Assembly: GCA_964544585.1 (NCBI GenBank)
Contig: CAZJBV010000002.1
Coordinates: 131,468 to 195,467, forward strand
From: an uncultured Gammaproteobacteria bacterium
GTDB lineage: Bacteria > Patescibacteriota > Microgenomatia > 2-02-FULL-39-11
Length of the DNA: 64,000 nucleotides
Direction: 5' to 3'
The notes beneath the pieces are model-generated. The model was not told the DNA's origin and did not search any database. It was given only the letters and a program-made list of their open reading frames with translations. Shown piece by piece: positions 10,390 through 20,253 of the stretch (position 1 is the stretch's first letter; every line of letters begins with the position of its first letter). The translations under genes and the position numbers were made by a program.

Positions 10390-11118
10390 ATGGATTTTTC
10401 CTTTAATACAATACTTTTTGCAAGTCTAATTATCTTTTTTGCCTTTTATACAAGATCACTTTTCGGTTTTGGTGGGGCACTCATTTCCATACCCCTTCTA
10501 GCTTTTTTATTCGACCTTAAAATTGCCGTTCCGCTTGAAGCGATTTTTGAAGTGGCTCTAAGTCTTCTCCTAATTCGCGGAATCTGGAAAGATATAAACT
10601 GGAGAATTCTCTATTCTCTACTTATTGGTTCTGTCTTAGGAACAATACTAGGTACTTATTTTCTACAATCTTTTGCAAATATAATTTTACTCAAAATCCT
10701 TGGGTTTGTAATCATTATATTCTCATTAAATCTTCTGTTTAAACCGGATAAATATTTACACCTACCAAAAATATTTGGCGTTTTTGCTGGTATTATTGGC
10801 GGAACTCTCGGCGGGATGTTTGGCACAAGTGGCCCGCCTTACGTTTTGTACCTTGTCTATCAAATAAAGCCAAAAGAGATACTAAGAGCAACACTCATCG
10901 GTCTTTTTGCCTTCGATTTTATTTTCCGCCTAGGATATTTTGTCGTAAAGGGTCTTATAACCCAAGATATTCTTAGTATGACTTTTCTTCTGACCCCGGC
11001 TCTAATAGTAGGAACATTTCTAGGAAAAAGACATTTTACAGTATTTGATGAAAAGACATACAGAAAACTGGTAGTGATTCTTCTTATAGTAACAGGATTC
11101 TTGCTTATTCTGAAATAG
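10390..11118 (+). CDS. TauE/SafE-family (DUF81) membrane transporter
   Basis: Polytopic membrane protein with duplicated FGFGGALISIPLL / GGMFGTSGPPYV glycine-rich motifs. Confidence 0.6.
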   Translation: MDFSFNTILFASLIIFFAFYTRSLFGFGGALISIPLLAFLFDLKIAVPLEAIFEVALSLLLIRGIWKDINWRILYSLLIGSVLGTILGTYFLQSFANIILLKILGFVIIIFSLNLLFKPDKYLHLPKIFGVFAGIIGGTLGGMFGTSGPPYVLYLVYQIKPKEILRATLIGLFAFDFIFRLGYFVVKGLITQDILSMTFLLTPALIVGTFLGKRHFTVFDEKTYRKLVVILLIVTGFLLILK

Positions 11119-11123
11119 CACTA

Positions 11124-11966
11124 TTAAAGTTCTTTTATTATCACTGTAAAATCCTCATTTGCGTATTTTTTCGTGGCTTTCCTAAATTCTGCTTCAAGTC
11201 TCTTTAATACTGGAAATTTATCTCTTTTAACCTCGGCAAGAGCTAATGTCAGATCTTTACTCATATTTGCCATAGAAAAAAGTAGGGGATAGGTATTATT
11301 TACATAATTAGGTAGTTTTAAATTCATCATCGGTGACATTGCTGGAACAGTTTTGAGAACTGCCGCCACTTTTTCTCTTGATATTTTCATGCTATCGGCC
11401 AAAATCATCCCTTCAGCCAACCCTTCTATTGTTGTTGCCAAAACTTGATTGTTTATCATTTTCATCGCCTGGCCTGATCCATTTGGTCCCATATAATGAT
11501 GATTTTTCCCCATCGCCATTAAAACCGACTTAACTTTTTCATAAACATCACGATTTCCACCAATAAAAATTGTTAGTTCTCCAGTTATTGCCTTCGGAGT
11601 ACTACCTGTCACTGGTGCATCCAGAAATTTAATTGAATATTTTTCTAGTTTTTTGGCAATCCTTTTGGCGTAAGTCGGTCCGATTGTGCTCATATCGACG
11701 ACGATTAACCCCTTTTTTGCGTCTTTAACTACCCCGTTTTTTCCAAAAAGCACTTCTTCTACATCTTTGCCTGCCGTCACCATGGTGATGATAACATCTA
11801 CGATCTTTGCTAACTCTTGAGGAGATTTTGCAGTTTTGGCACTGTTCTGAAGTTGTTTAGATTTAGAGAGGGTGCGATTATAGACAGTTAAATCGAACCC
11901 AGCCTTAATTATGTTCTTGGACATGGGCATTCCCATCAATCCAAGACCAATAAATCCTACTTTCAT
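11124..11966 (-). CDS. NAD(P)-dependent 3-hydroxyisobutyrate dehydrogenase / beta-hydroxyacid dehydrogenase family
   Basis: MKVGFIGLGLMGMPMSKNI Rossmann N-terminus and the 6PGDH-like NAD-binding plus C-terminal domain. Confidence 0.75.
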   Translation of the reverse strand: MKVGFIGLGLMGMPMSKNIIKAGFDLTVYNRTLSKSKQLQNSAKTAKSPQELAKIVDVIITMVTAGKDVEEVLFGKNGVVKDAKKGLIVVDMSTIGPTYAKRIAKKLEKYSIKFLDAPVTGSTPKAITGELTIFIGGNRDVYEKVKSVLMAMGKNHHYMGPNGSGQAMKMINNQVLATTIEGLAEGMILADSMKISREKVAAVLKTVPAMSPMMNLKLPNYVNNTYPLLFSMANMSKDLTLALAEVKRDKFPVLKRLEAEFRKATKKYANEDFTVIIKEL

Positions 11967-12006
11967 AATTTGGGCCTATTATATCATTTTGTAGTAAAAT
12001 ATAGGC

Positions 12007-12732
12007 ATGATTCGCGATATTCCTATTCTCATCCTCCACGGGTGGAATTTAAGCGCGGAAAAATTCGCCCCATTGGTCAACGAACTGAGAATAAAAGGCT
12101 TTAATGCCCAGGCTTCCGACCTCCCCGGTTTTGGCACTTCCCCAAAGCCCAAAAATCCTCTCACTTTATCAGATTATGTGAGGTATGTCGACAAATACGT
12201 AAAAAGTAAAAATTGGTCAGAAATCGTCATCATAGGCCATTCCTTTGGTGGGAGATTGGCCATAAAGCTCGCCTCTCAAAACCCGAAATTTCTCAAGGCT
12301 CTCATTCTTTCAGGTGCGCCGGGTTACAACCCTGTTCCAAAGCTTAAAATCTTATTCTTTCTGTCACTCGCCAAATTAGGAAACGCCATATTCGCTCTAC
12401 CAATTTTAAAAAATTTTAGCACTCTTTCACGACATTTCCTCTATCGCGCCGCGCAAGCAACCGATTTTTACAATACAGATAAAAACATGAGAGACACATT
12501 CAAAAACATTGTCAAGGAAGAATTAGTTGACTATATGGCTCAAATAAAAGTTCCCACGCTATTAATCTGGGGTGAAAATGATCTTATTGTTCCTGTGTCC
12601 ATAGCAAAAAAAATGAGTAAAGTAATCCCCAATGCAAAATTGACAGTTATTCCCGATGCTCGCCACGGCGCCCCATGGACGCATCCAAAAGAATTTGTTG
12701 AGTCAGTAATCAAATTTTTAGATAAGATATGA
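12007..12732 (+). CDS. Alpha/beta-fold hydrolase
   Basis: Nucleophile elbow IIGHSFGG. Asp and His of the triad near the C-terminus (IPDARHG). Confidence 0.7.
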   Translation: MIRDIPILILHGWNLSAEKFAPLVNELRIKGFNAQASDLPGFGTSPKPKNPLTLSDYVRYVDKYVKSKNWSEIVIIGHSFGGRLAIKLASQNPKFLKALILSGAPGYNPVPKLKILFFLSLAKLGNAIFALPILKNFSTLSRHFLYRAAQATDFYNTDKNMRDTFKNIVKEELVDYMAQIKVPTLLIWGENDLIVPVSIAKKMSKVIPNAKLTVIPDARHGAPWTHPKEFVESVIKFLDKI

Positions 12733-14261
12733 ATATAATAGAAATTGGTTTATTCTTATATAGTGTATATATTCTTCGCAGAATTCTATTCGCTGTCTAC
12801 ATATGGCAGCTCAAAGAGTATAGAGCTGATCGGATGCTTTCTTTCCTTCGTACCCCGAACGGTAAGTCGCTTTTTCTAAATCCAATAGAATATTTCAAAT
12901 GGATTATTTGTACCGTTTCTTTTATCGCCATTATTTATCCAGCACGGGCAACAGATTTCATATTTCTAAGCATAATAGTATTTCTTGTTCTTATAACAAT
13001 TCCAATTTTATTCTACTCAATTACGGGATTTATAAGCCTAGTCAATTTATTTCGCCATAAATGGAAGACTCCCATTTTTACAGTCAAAGCTTTGACAATT
13101 TTAGCAATATTAATAGCTCTATTATCAATAAATTTAGGTATTTATTGGTTTGTTAATGGTTACTATCTTGGGTTTCTTTTACTCCTTTTATTCGACCTAT
13201 TCGTCCTTCCTATCACTGGAGTATTAGTCCTTTTACTAAATATTCCAACTACAATTTACAAAAATTATCTCGAAAGCGTAGCAAAAAGAAAAATCGAAAG
13301 CATGAAGAATCTGATAGTTTTAGGAATCACCGGTAGCGTAGGTAAAACCTCCACCAAAGAATTTTTAGCCAAAATTCTTGAGGCAAAATATAAGGTTGCC
13401 AAAACTCCAGAAAGCATCAATACAGAAATGGGTATTGCCAAATTTATTCTAAACGACTTAAAAGATGATACAGAAATTTTTATCGTCGAAATGGGAGCCT
13501 ACAAAAAGGGAGAAATAAAATCTATCTGCGATATGGTACATCCAAAAATTGGAATAATGACATATATAGGCACTCAGCATTTCGAATTGTTTGGAAACCT
13601 TCAAAACCTCATTGATGCAAAATATGAATTAATTGAATGTTTACCTCCCGATGGTTTGGCAGTATTAAATGAAGAAAACGAGATTTGTAGAAAACTTGCT
13701 CAAAAAGCAAAGGGAGAAGGAAGGGAAGTCCTATTATACGGTCGAAATAAAGCCAAATTAAAGTCCTATCCTGCTCCAAAACTTTTGGGAAAACAGATAA
13801 TTCCCAATCTACTTGCAGCTATCTCGGTTGCAGAATTCTTAAATATCCCATCAAATCAGATAAAAAAGCAAATTTCCCAGCTTACACCTCCAGTCCACAC
13901 CATGGAATCGGTAGGAAACTACAAAGGAGCAACGCTCATAGATGATACTTTCAATATAAGCCGAGAATCGAGCCTCGCTGCCATCGATTATATGAAGTCA
14001 TTTAAAGGTAAAAAAGTTTTAATTCTTTCACCCCTTATCGAATTAGGCACTCAAACAAGTAAGATAGGTCAGGAAGTGATAGGGAGAGCCCGAAAAATTT
14101 GCGATCTAGTTATTTTAGCAGATAAAAATTCGCCAGAAAAAACCAAACCCCAAATCGATAAATTAGTTGAAATTGATAGTATCATTTTATTTGAAGGCAA
14201 AGAAGCAAAAAAATATTTAGAATATTTAACTAAACGCTATACGCTAAACGCTATACGCTGA
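12729..14261 (+). CDS. murF: MurF-like Mur ligase (UDP-MurNAc-pentapeptide synthetase) fused to an N-terminal polytopic membrane domain
   Basis: About 190 aa of hydrophobic TM segments, then P-loop LGITGSVGKTSTKE and the MurF-type middle and C-terminal regions (IMTYIGTQHFELFG). Confidence 0.6.
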   Translation: MNIIEIGLFLYSVYILRRILFAVYIWQLKEYRADRMLSFLRTPNGKSLFLNPIEYFKWIICTVSFIAIIYPARATDFIFLSIIVFLVLITIPILFYSITGFISLVNLFRHKWKTPIFTVKALTILAILIALLSINLGIYWFVNGYYLGFLLLLLFDLFVLPITGVLVLLLNIPTTIYKNYLESVAKRKIESMKNLIVLGITGSVGKTSTKEFLAKILEAKYKVAKTPESINTEMGIAKFILNDLKDDTEIFIVEMGAYKKGEIKSICDMVHPKIGIMTYIGTQHFELFGNLQNLIDAKYELIECLPPDGLAVLNEENEICRKLAQKAKGEGREVLLYGRNKAKLKSYPAPKLLGKQIIPNLLAAISVAEFLNIPSNQIKKQISQLTPPVHTMESVGNYKGATLIDDTFNISRESSLAAIDYMKSFKGKKVLILSPLIELGTQTSKIGQEVIGRARKICDLVILADKNSPEKTKPQIDKLVEIDSIILFEGKEAKKYLEYLTKRYTLNAIR

Positions 14262-14266
14262 CAAAT

Positions 14267-15496
14267 ATGATTTCAATTGGCTTATCTCCTAATACCCAAA
14301 AAGATGACGTCTGGCAAGCGATAAAAACCATTTTCCAATTTTGGCAGTGGCAACATGGAAACTCTGTCTCCAAAGTAGAAGATTGGTTCAAAGACTATAT
14401 CTCAAATTTCGATATCTTTTCTACCAATAGCGGCCGGTCGGCTATGTGGTTCGTCCTAAAAACATTTGGTATTGGAAATGGAGACGAAGTTATCTTACAG
14501 GCATTTACCTGTCTTGCAGTTCCCGAAGTAATTATTTGGATAGGTGCAGTGCCCGTATTTGTAGATGTTGATGATTCAATAAATATTGATTATAGAAAGT
14601 TAGAAAGATCTATAACACCAAAAACGAAGGCAATAATTGTTCAACATACATTTGGTATACCAGCGAACATAAAAAAGATCAAAGAAATTGCTCAAAAGTA
14701 TAATCTTATCCTGATAGAAGACTGTGCACATTCTTTAGGAGCTACCGTTGAAGAGAAGAGAGTTGGTACTTTTGGCGATGCAGCCTTTTTTAGCTTCGGC
14801 AGAGACAAAGTCATATCCTCTGTCTTTGGCGGACTCGCAGCCATCAAAAAAACTCATCAAAACAAAAAATTAATCGAGAGAGCTCATAGTATTGATAAAG
14901 AGCTATCATATCCAAGTAATTTCTGGATTTTTCAACAACTACTTCATCCAATAATTTCTTGGTTGGCTCTTAGCCTCTATGATCTAGGCATCGGAAAACT
15001 ACTCTTGGTCATCTCTCAAAAATTAAACTTATTATCTTTTCCCATTTTCAAAGAAGAAAAGATGGGAAAAATGCCTGAAGTATTTCCCAAAAAAAACCCA
15101 AACGCTCTGGCAACTTTACTTCTTAATCAACTCCAAAAATTATATATATATAACCAGCATCGAATTAAAATAGCGAAAGCCTATCAAGAAGAATTGGGTA
15201 GAATTAAAAATATTACAATTCCCAAGGCAACTGAAGGATCAATTTTTCTTCGCTATAACATTTTAGTAGAAAATCCTGATAATATAAGAAAAAAGGCAAA
15301 ACAAGAAGGCTTTTTATTGGGTAATTGGTACCATGACACAATTGATCCAAAAGGTACAAGAAACTTGGTTGGTTACAAAAAAGGCAGCTGTCCACATGCC
15401 GAATCCATAGCCGAAAAATCTCTCAACTTACCCACGCATATCAAAATGCCACTCTCTTGGGTTGAAAGATTGATTTCAATAATTAAAAATTCCTAA
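14267..15496 (+). CDS. DegT/DnrJ/EryC1/StrS-family PLP-dependent sugar aminotransferase
   Basis: GDEVI, PVFVDVD, KAIIVQHTFG, IEDCAHSLGA, and FSFGRDKVIS with the putative PLP-binding lysine. Confidence 0.65.
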   Translation: MISIGLSPNTQKDDVWQAIKTIFQFWQWQHGNSVSKVEDWFKDYISNFDIFSTNSGRSAMWFVLKTFGIGNGDEVILQAFTCLAVPEVIIWIGAVPVFVDVDDSINIDYRKLERSITPKTKAIIVQHTFGIPANIKKIKEIAQKYNLILIEDCAHSLGATVEEKRVGTFGDAAFFSFGRDKVISSVFGGLAAIKKTHQNKKLIERAHSIDKELSYPSNFWIFQQLLHPIISWLALSLYDLGIGKLLLVISQKLNLLSFPIFKEEKMGKMPEVFPKKNPNALATLLLNQLQKLYIYNQHRIKIAKAYQEELGRIKNITIPKATEGSIFLRYNILVENPDNIRKKAKQEGFLLGNWYHDTIDPKGTRNLVGYKKGSCPHAESIAEKSLNLPTHIKMPLSWVERLISIIKNS

Positions 15497-15497
15497 T

Positions 15498-16499
15498 ATG
15501 TATTCTATTTCCGAAATAAACAATAAAGAAAAATGGGAAAATTTCATTAAGGACTACTCCCCCCAAAGCTACTTTCAATCTTGGAATTGGGGTGATGTAA
15601 TTAAAACCACGGGTTCAAATATCAAACGGATTGGGCTTTTCCATAAAAAAGAACTTATCGGGCTTTCTCAGATTACAACGCTAAAGGCTAAAAGGGGAAC
15701 ATTTCTCCATATAAGAAATGGACCAATATTAAAAGCATGGAATCCAAAATCGTTTAAGATACTATTAGATTATTTGCATCAATATGCCAAAGAGGAAGAA
15801 GCTTCTTTCATCCGCATTAGCCCCCTCATTCCCAACACCCAGCAAAACATTGAATTTGTGACAAAGTTTGGATTTAGACCGGCCCCCATCCACGCCATGG
15901 ACGGCGAATATGTTTGGGTTTTGGATTTAAACAAACCAGAGGAAGAAATATTGAGGGTTATGCGCAAAACCACTCGCTATTTAATAAAAAGGGCCCAAAA
16001 AATGGGAGTCGAGGTTAAAATTTCAAATAACATTAATGATTTTTACTCGCTCTATAGAGAAACAGCAAAAAGACACGGATTTATAGAGCATAAGGAAATA
16101 GAAGAAGAATTTAATATATTTTCAAAAGAAGGAAATGCAATTTTATTTGTAGGAAAGTATCACGGCAAACTAATTTCCGCGGCCATCATAGTTTTTTACC
16201 AAAATCAGGCAATTTATCGCCATGGAGCCTCTATCCCTTCTGATATCCCAGTTAGTTACCTAATCCAATGGCAGGGAATTTTAGAAGCCAAAAAAAGACG
16301 CATATCTATATATAATTTTTTTGGCATAGCTCCACCTAATAAGACCAATCATCCCTGGAATGGAATCACTCTTTTTAAAACTGGATTTGGCGGTAGAGTC
16401 ATTTCCTATTTACATGCCCAAGACAAAGCCCTCTCACCTAAATATTGGTTAAATTATCTGGTTGAATGGACAAGAAAAGTAAAAAAAGGATATACTTAA
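15498..16499 (+). CDS. FemAB-family peptidyltransferase (peptidoglycan interpeptide-bridge formation)-like
   Basis: N-terminal QSWNWGDV start typical of FemX/FemAB proteins. Length and acyltransferase-like C-terminal half. Confidence 0.5.
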   Translation: MYSISEINNKEKWENFIKDYSPQSYFQSWNWGDVIKTTGSNIKRIGLFHKKELIGLSQITTLKAKRGTFLHIRNGPILKAWNPKSFKILLDYLHQYAKEEEASFIRISPLIPNTQQNIEFVTKFGFRPAPIHAMDGEYVWVLDLNKPEEEILRVMRKTTRYLIKRAQKMGVEVKISNNINDFYSLYRETAKRHGFIEHKEIEEEFNIFSKEGNAILFVGKYHGKLISAAIIVFYQNQAIYRHGASIPSDIPVSYLIQWQGILEAKKRRISIYNFFGIAPPNKTNHPWNGITLFKTGFGGRVISYLHAQDKALSPKYWLNYLVEWTRKVKKGYT

Positions 16500-16511
16500 A
16501 GAACTTATACA

Positions 16512-16880
16512 ATGGAAGCGCTCCGAAGACATCATATTTCTTTCAAAAATGCTTTTGCCGGACTGTGGTGGTCCTTTAAAACTCAACCAAATTTTCGCGT
16601 CCACTTTTCTTTGGCTCTAATTTCGCTTCTGGCAGGATGGTATTTCCAAATTTCTTACCTAGAGATGGCGATTATCATTTTTGCCATATTTTTTGGCCTA
16701 GCTATGGAAATGGTGAATACTTCAATCGAAGAGATGACCGATCTTATTACGACCGAATGGAGAAAAGAAGCAAAAATAGCCAAAGACGTATCGGCAGGAA
16801 TGATGCTTTTATCTGCCTTGGCAACAGTGATCATCGCTGCCTTAATTTTACTACCGAGAATTGCTGAAAAATTCTTCTAG
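16512..16880 (+). CDS. dgkA: Diacylglycerol/undecaprenol kinase, DgkA family
   Basis: 122-aa, three-TM protein with NFRVHF and NTSIEEMTDL motifs. Confidence 0.7.
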   Translation: MEALRRHHISFKNAFAGLWWSFKTQPNFRVHFSLALISLLAGWYFQISYLEMAIIIFAIFFGLAMEMVNTSIEEMTDLITTEWRKEAKIAKDVSAGMMLLSALATVIIAALILLPRIAEKFF

Positions 16881-16892
16881 AATTAAATACTT

Positions 16893-17930
16893 ATGGGTTT
16901 TCGCTTAAGTTTGCTACTCTTATCATTTTTTTTGACCATATTTACTTTTATTCCCTTTATAAATCTCCTTTATAAATGGAAACTACAAAGGAAAAAGCAG
17001 GAGACAAAAGACGTCTTTCAAAAACCTACACCCATATTTGATAAACTCCATAGATTAAAAGCAGGCACACCCGTCGGCGGAGGACTATTGGTTATATTCG
17101 CGACCGTCATCCTTTTTCTTTTCTCATTCATTGCCCAATACTATTTTTGGATACCGATTACTTCCGTCTATCAAAATAGAGGTAGTGAAATAAAAATTCT
17201 CCTTTTTACATTTATCGCTTTTGGTATCTTGGGTTTATATGATGACGTTAGAAAAACTTTTTTTACAGAAGGTGAAAACTTTTTTGGCCTCCGTTTGAGA
17301 CACAAATTAATCTTGGAAATATTCCTTTCGCTAGTTGTAGGCTTCTGGCTTTTTACGGAACTTAAGATTAGTATCATTCACATTCCTCTTTTAGGCGTTT
17401 TTGAAATAGGTATACTCTTTATCCCATTTGCAGCCTTTGTCATTATTGCTTTCTCCAACGCCTTCAATATAACAGATGGATTGGATGGTTTGGCTTCTGG
17501 CCTTCTTATGATTGCAATTTCAGCATTTTGGGTAGTAGCCGCATCTATTCTGGATACTCCAATCTCAAATTTTATTGCCATCTGGATTGGAGCTCTTATT
17601 GCTTTTTTATACTTTAATATTTATCCGGCCAGAATTTTCTTGGGAGATGTTGGCTCGCTTTCTTTCGGAGCTACACTCGCTGTTATTGGTCTTATGACCG
17701 GCAAAGTGTTTTCACTTGTTATTATAGGAGGCCTATTTGTAGCCGAGGTCGGATCGTCACTTTTACAGATCCTAACCAAAAAATTTGTCGGAAAAAAACT
17801 TTTCAAAGTCGCACCTCTACACCTTCTTCTTCAGGAAGCCGGTTGGCCGGAAAGCAAAGTTGTCATGCGTGGTTGGATCACCGGAATCATTTTAGCTATC
17901 CTAGGACTCTGGTTGGCGCTCGTCAGATAG
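16893..17930 (+). CDS. mraY: Phospho-N-acetylmuramoyl-pentapeptide transferase
   Basis: NAFNITDGLDGLASG and the FLGDVGSLSFGA motif. Polytopic membrane protein. Confidence 0.85.
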   Translation: MGFRLSLLLLSFFLTIFTFIPFINLLYKWKLQRKKQETKDVFQKPTPIFDKLHRLKAGTPVGGGLLVIFATVILFLFSFIAQYYFWIPITSVYQNRGSEIKILLFTFIAFGILGLYDDVRKTFFTEGENFFGLRLRHKLILEIFLSLVVGFWLFTELKISIIHIPLLGVFEIGILFIPFAAFVIIAFSNAFNITDGLDGLASGLLMIAISAFWVVAASILDTPISNFIAIWIGALIAFLYFNIYPARIFLGDVGSLSFGATLAVIGLMTGKVFSLVIIGGLFVAEVGSSLLQILTKKFVGKKLFKVAPLHLLLQEAGWPESKVVMRGWITGIILAILGLWLALVR

Positions 17931-17946
17931 AATTCATTCATAACTT

Positions 17947-19065
17947 ATGAAGCGAAAGTATAGTAATATTCTCGTTCTTAAAAAGCAACAGGCCCACCGC
18001 GATTTTATCATTTTTCTTGTGACGGGATGTCTCTGTCTTTTTGGTCTAGTGATGGTTTTTGAATCATCCAATGTCAATGCCTTCAGAGATTTTGGTGATC
18101 AATATTACTTTGTAAAGGACCAGCTTGCATGGATTGTCCTAGGAACAGTCGGACTGGTATTTACCTCTTTTTATGACTACCATAAATATTATAAATTAGC
18201 TCTACCTCTTCTTATAGGTACGATTGTTCTTCTTGTTTTAGTTTTTATTCCTGGGTTAGGCATTCAGGCCCTGGGAGCTAGACGCTGGCTAGGAATAGGA
18301 AATTATAGCTTGCAGCCGGCAGAATTTGCCAAATTAACCATGGCCATATATTTAGCCGCCTGGTTTGCGCACAAGGAGAAAGGAAGACTTTTAGCTTTTC
18401 TCTTACTCGTAGGTCTAGTCGCAGGACTCGTAATTCTCGAACCAGACCTTGGCACTTCGTTGGTACTTCTATCTAGTGCCTTGGTAATGTACTTTATTTC
18501 TGGTGCTCCACTTTGGCATTTCGTCGCCATATTGCCTCTTGGATTATCAGGTATTCTCTTATTATCTATTACAGCTCCATATAGACTAAAGCGATTGACC
18601 ACTTTCTTAAATCCCAACGAAGATCCTCTCGGAGCATCATATCACATCAGGCAAATTTTAATTGCCTTGGGTTCAGGAGGATTATTTGGTTTAGGTTTCG
18701 GAGCATCCCGACAAAAATATGAATATCTTCCCGAGGCAACCACAGATTCCATTTTTGCCATAATTGGTGAGGAATTTGGTTTCTTGGGTGCTGCCATAAT
18801 TATTCTTCTTTATCTACTTTTACTCACAAGACTAATTAAAATTGTCATCAATGCTCCCGACAGATTTGGCATGTTTCTTGCCAGTGGTTTATTTTCGGTC
18901 ATCGCTACCCAAATTGTCTTAAACTTAGGCAGCATGACTACGGTTTTTCCCTTAACAGGCGTACCCCTTCCCCTGATTTCCTACGGTGGTTCCAACATGA
19001 TTGTAACTCTTACTTCAATTGGCATTCTCCTCAACATCAAAAAACAGGGCGTAACCAAAAAATAA
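17947..19065 (+). CDS. ftsW: SEDS-family peptidoglycan glycosyltransferase FtsW
   Basis: GARRWLGIG...QPAEFAK SEDS motifs. Position between mraY and murG. Confidence 0.8.
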   Translation: MKRKYSNILVLKKQQAHRDFIIFLVTGCLCLFGLVMVFESSNVNAFRDFGDQYYFVKDQLAWIVLGTVGLVFTSFYDYHKYYKLALPLLIGTIVLLVLVFIPGLGIQALGARRWLGIGNYSLQPAEFAKLTMAIYLAAWFAHKEKGRLLAFLLLVGLVAGLVILEPDLGTSLVLLSSALVMYFISGAPLWHFVAILPLGLSGILLLSITAPYRLKRLTTFLNPNEDPLGASYHIRQILIALGSGGLFGLGFGASRQKYEYLPEATTDSIFAIIGEEFGFLGAAIIILLYLLLLTRLIKIVINAPDRFGMFLASGLFSVIATQIVLNLGSMTTVFPLTGVPLPLISYGGSNMIVTLTSIGILLNIKKQGVTKK

Positions 19066-19066
19066 A

Positions 19067-19103
19067 ACACCTCGAAGGTGGCCGAATGGACTCCTTCGAG
19101 GTG
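19067..19103. repeat. Short-form GC-rich palindromic element between ftsW and murG
   Basis: acacctcgaagg-tggccgaatggact-ccttcgaggtg: an 11-bp perfect stem around the same tggccgaatggact loop that appears at 58541-58579. Confidence 0.7.
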
Positions 19104-19115
19104 AAAGAACCAATT

Positions 19116-20249
19116 ATGAATACACAAAAAATAATTATTACAGGCGGACATATTACTCCCGCCATATCTCTCATCGACATAATTGAAAAAATGAATAAAT
19201 TTGCCATCGTCTTTGTCGGTCGAAAGTATGCCCTGGAAAATGATGAAGAGACATCATTCGAATACAAAGAAGTTCATCAAAGAAACATACCTTTCTATAA
19301 TCTAAATGCCCCCAAACTCAAGAGAGAAAATCTTTTAACCTCCTTTCTTATTCCCATAAAACTTTTTACCGCAACCTTAAAAAGTATTGAAATTCTACTA
19401 AAAGAAAAACCAAGGGTAATTGTTTCCTTTGGCGGATACATAGCTCTACCTATTTGTCTCGCCGGGAAATTGTTGGGAATTCCAATCATAACCCATGAAC
19501 AAACAATGAGCATGGGCCTTGCCAATAAAATAATTGCTCGCACAGCTAATACAGTATGTATCTCATGGCCTGAAATGGATACATCCGGAATTCATACTAA
19601 GATAATCTACACTGGAAATCCCGTTCGCAAAGAATTCTTTGCCAAAACCCTGAGGATTCCAGAATTTTGGCCTGAAAAAGAAACTATACCCAAAATATTA
19701 ATAATGGGCGGAAGTCTAGGTTCTCATGCCATAAATGAAATCGTAGAAAAAAATCTAGAAACATTTCTTTCCTCTTACATTTTAATTCATATCTCCGGAA
19801 ACACGGCTCAATACCGAGATTTTGAAAGACTAACCATGGAAAAATCAAATCTCCCTCCAAGTCTTCACAATCGTTACCTCCTCTTCCCACATCTCTCGGC
19901 AGAAGAAGTCGCTTTTATCATGAAAAAAGCAGACATTCTTATCGGCAGGGCTGGGGCCAATACACTTTCAGAAATATTGATTTCAAAAATTACCGCTATT
20001 CTGATCCCTTTACCGAAGGGAGGAGGACAGGAACAAGAAATGCACGCCGATTATTTAACTTCCCTTGGAGTGGGTAAAAAGATTATCCAAAAGGGTTTAT
20101 CGGGGAATATTTTAACTGAATCAATCAAAAATGCTTTACAGGAAAAAGAAAAAATAAAGGCAGCGTTCTCAAAATTGGATCACACAAATAAATCAAAAGT
20201 CGCGGCTCTCAATCTTGTCAATGAAATAGAAAGTCTGGTGGTACAATAG
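19116..20249 (+). CDS. murG: Undecaprenyldiphospho-muramoylpentapeptide beta-N-acetylglucosaminyltransferase
   Basis: IIITGGHITPAIS N-terminus and GRAGANTLSEI C-terminal motif. The ORF-track start at 19086 lies inside the palindromic element, so the ATG at 19116 is preferred. Confidence 0.8.
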   Translation: MNTQKIIITGGHITPAISLIDIIEKMNKFAIVFVGRKYALENDEETSFEYKEVHQRNIPFYNLNAPKLKRENLLTSFLIPIKLFTATLKSIEILLKEKPRVIVSFGGYIALPICLAGKLLGIPIITHEQTMSMGLANKIIARTANTVCISWPEMDTSGIHTKIIYTGNPVRKEFFAKTLRIPEFWPEKETIPKILIMGGSLGSHAINEIVEKNLETFLSSYILIHISGNTAQYRDFERLTMEKSNLPPSLHNRYLLFPHLSAEEVAFIMKKADILIGRAGANTLSEILISKITAILIPLPKGGGQEQEMHADYLTSLGVGKKIIQKGLSGNILTESIKNALQEKEKIKAAFSKLDHTNKSKVAALNLVNEIESLVVQ

Positions 20250-20253
20250 GAGA

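Noticed and set aside
16637-16867. Plus-strand ORF in an alternate frame inside dgkA
   Set aside because: Alternate-frame overlap of a recognisable DgkA gene. The translation is Arg/Asp-rich nonsense.
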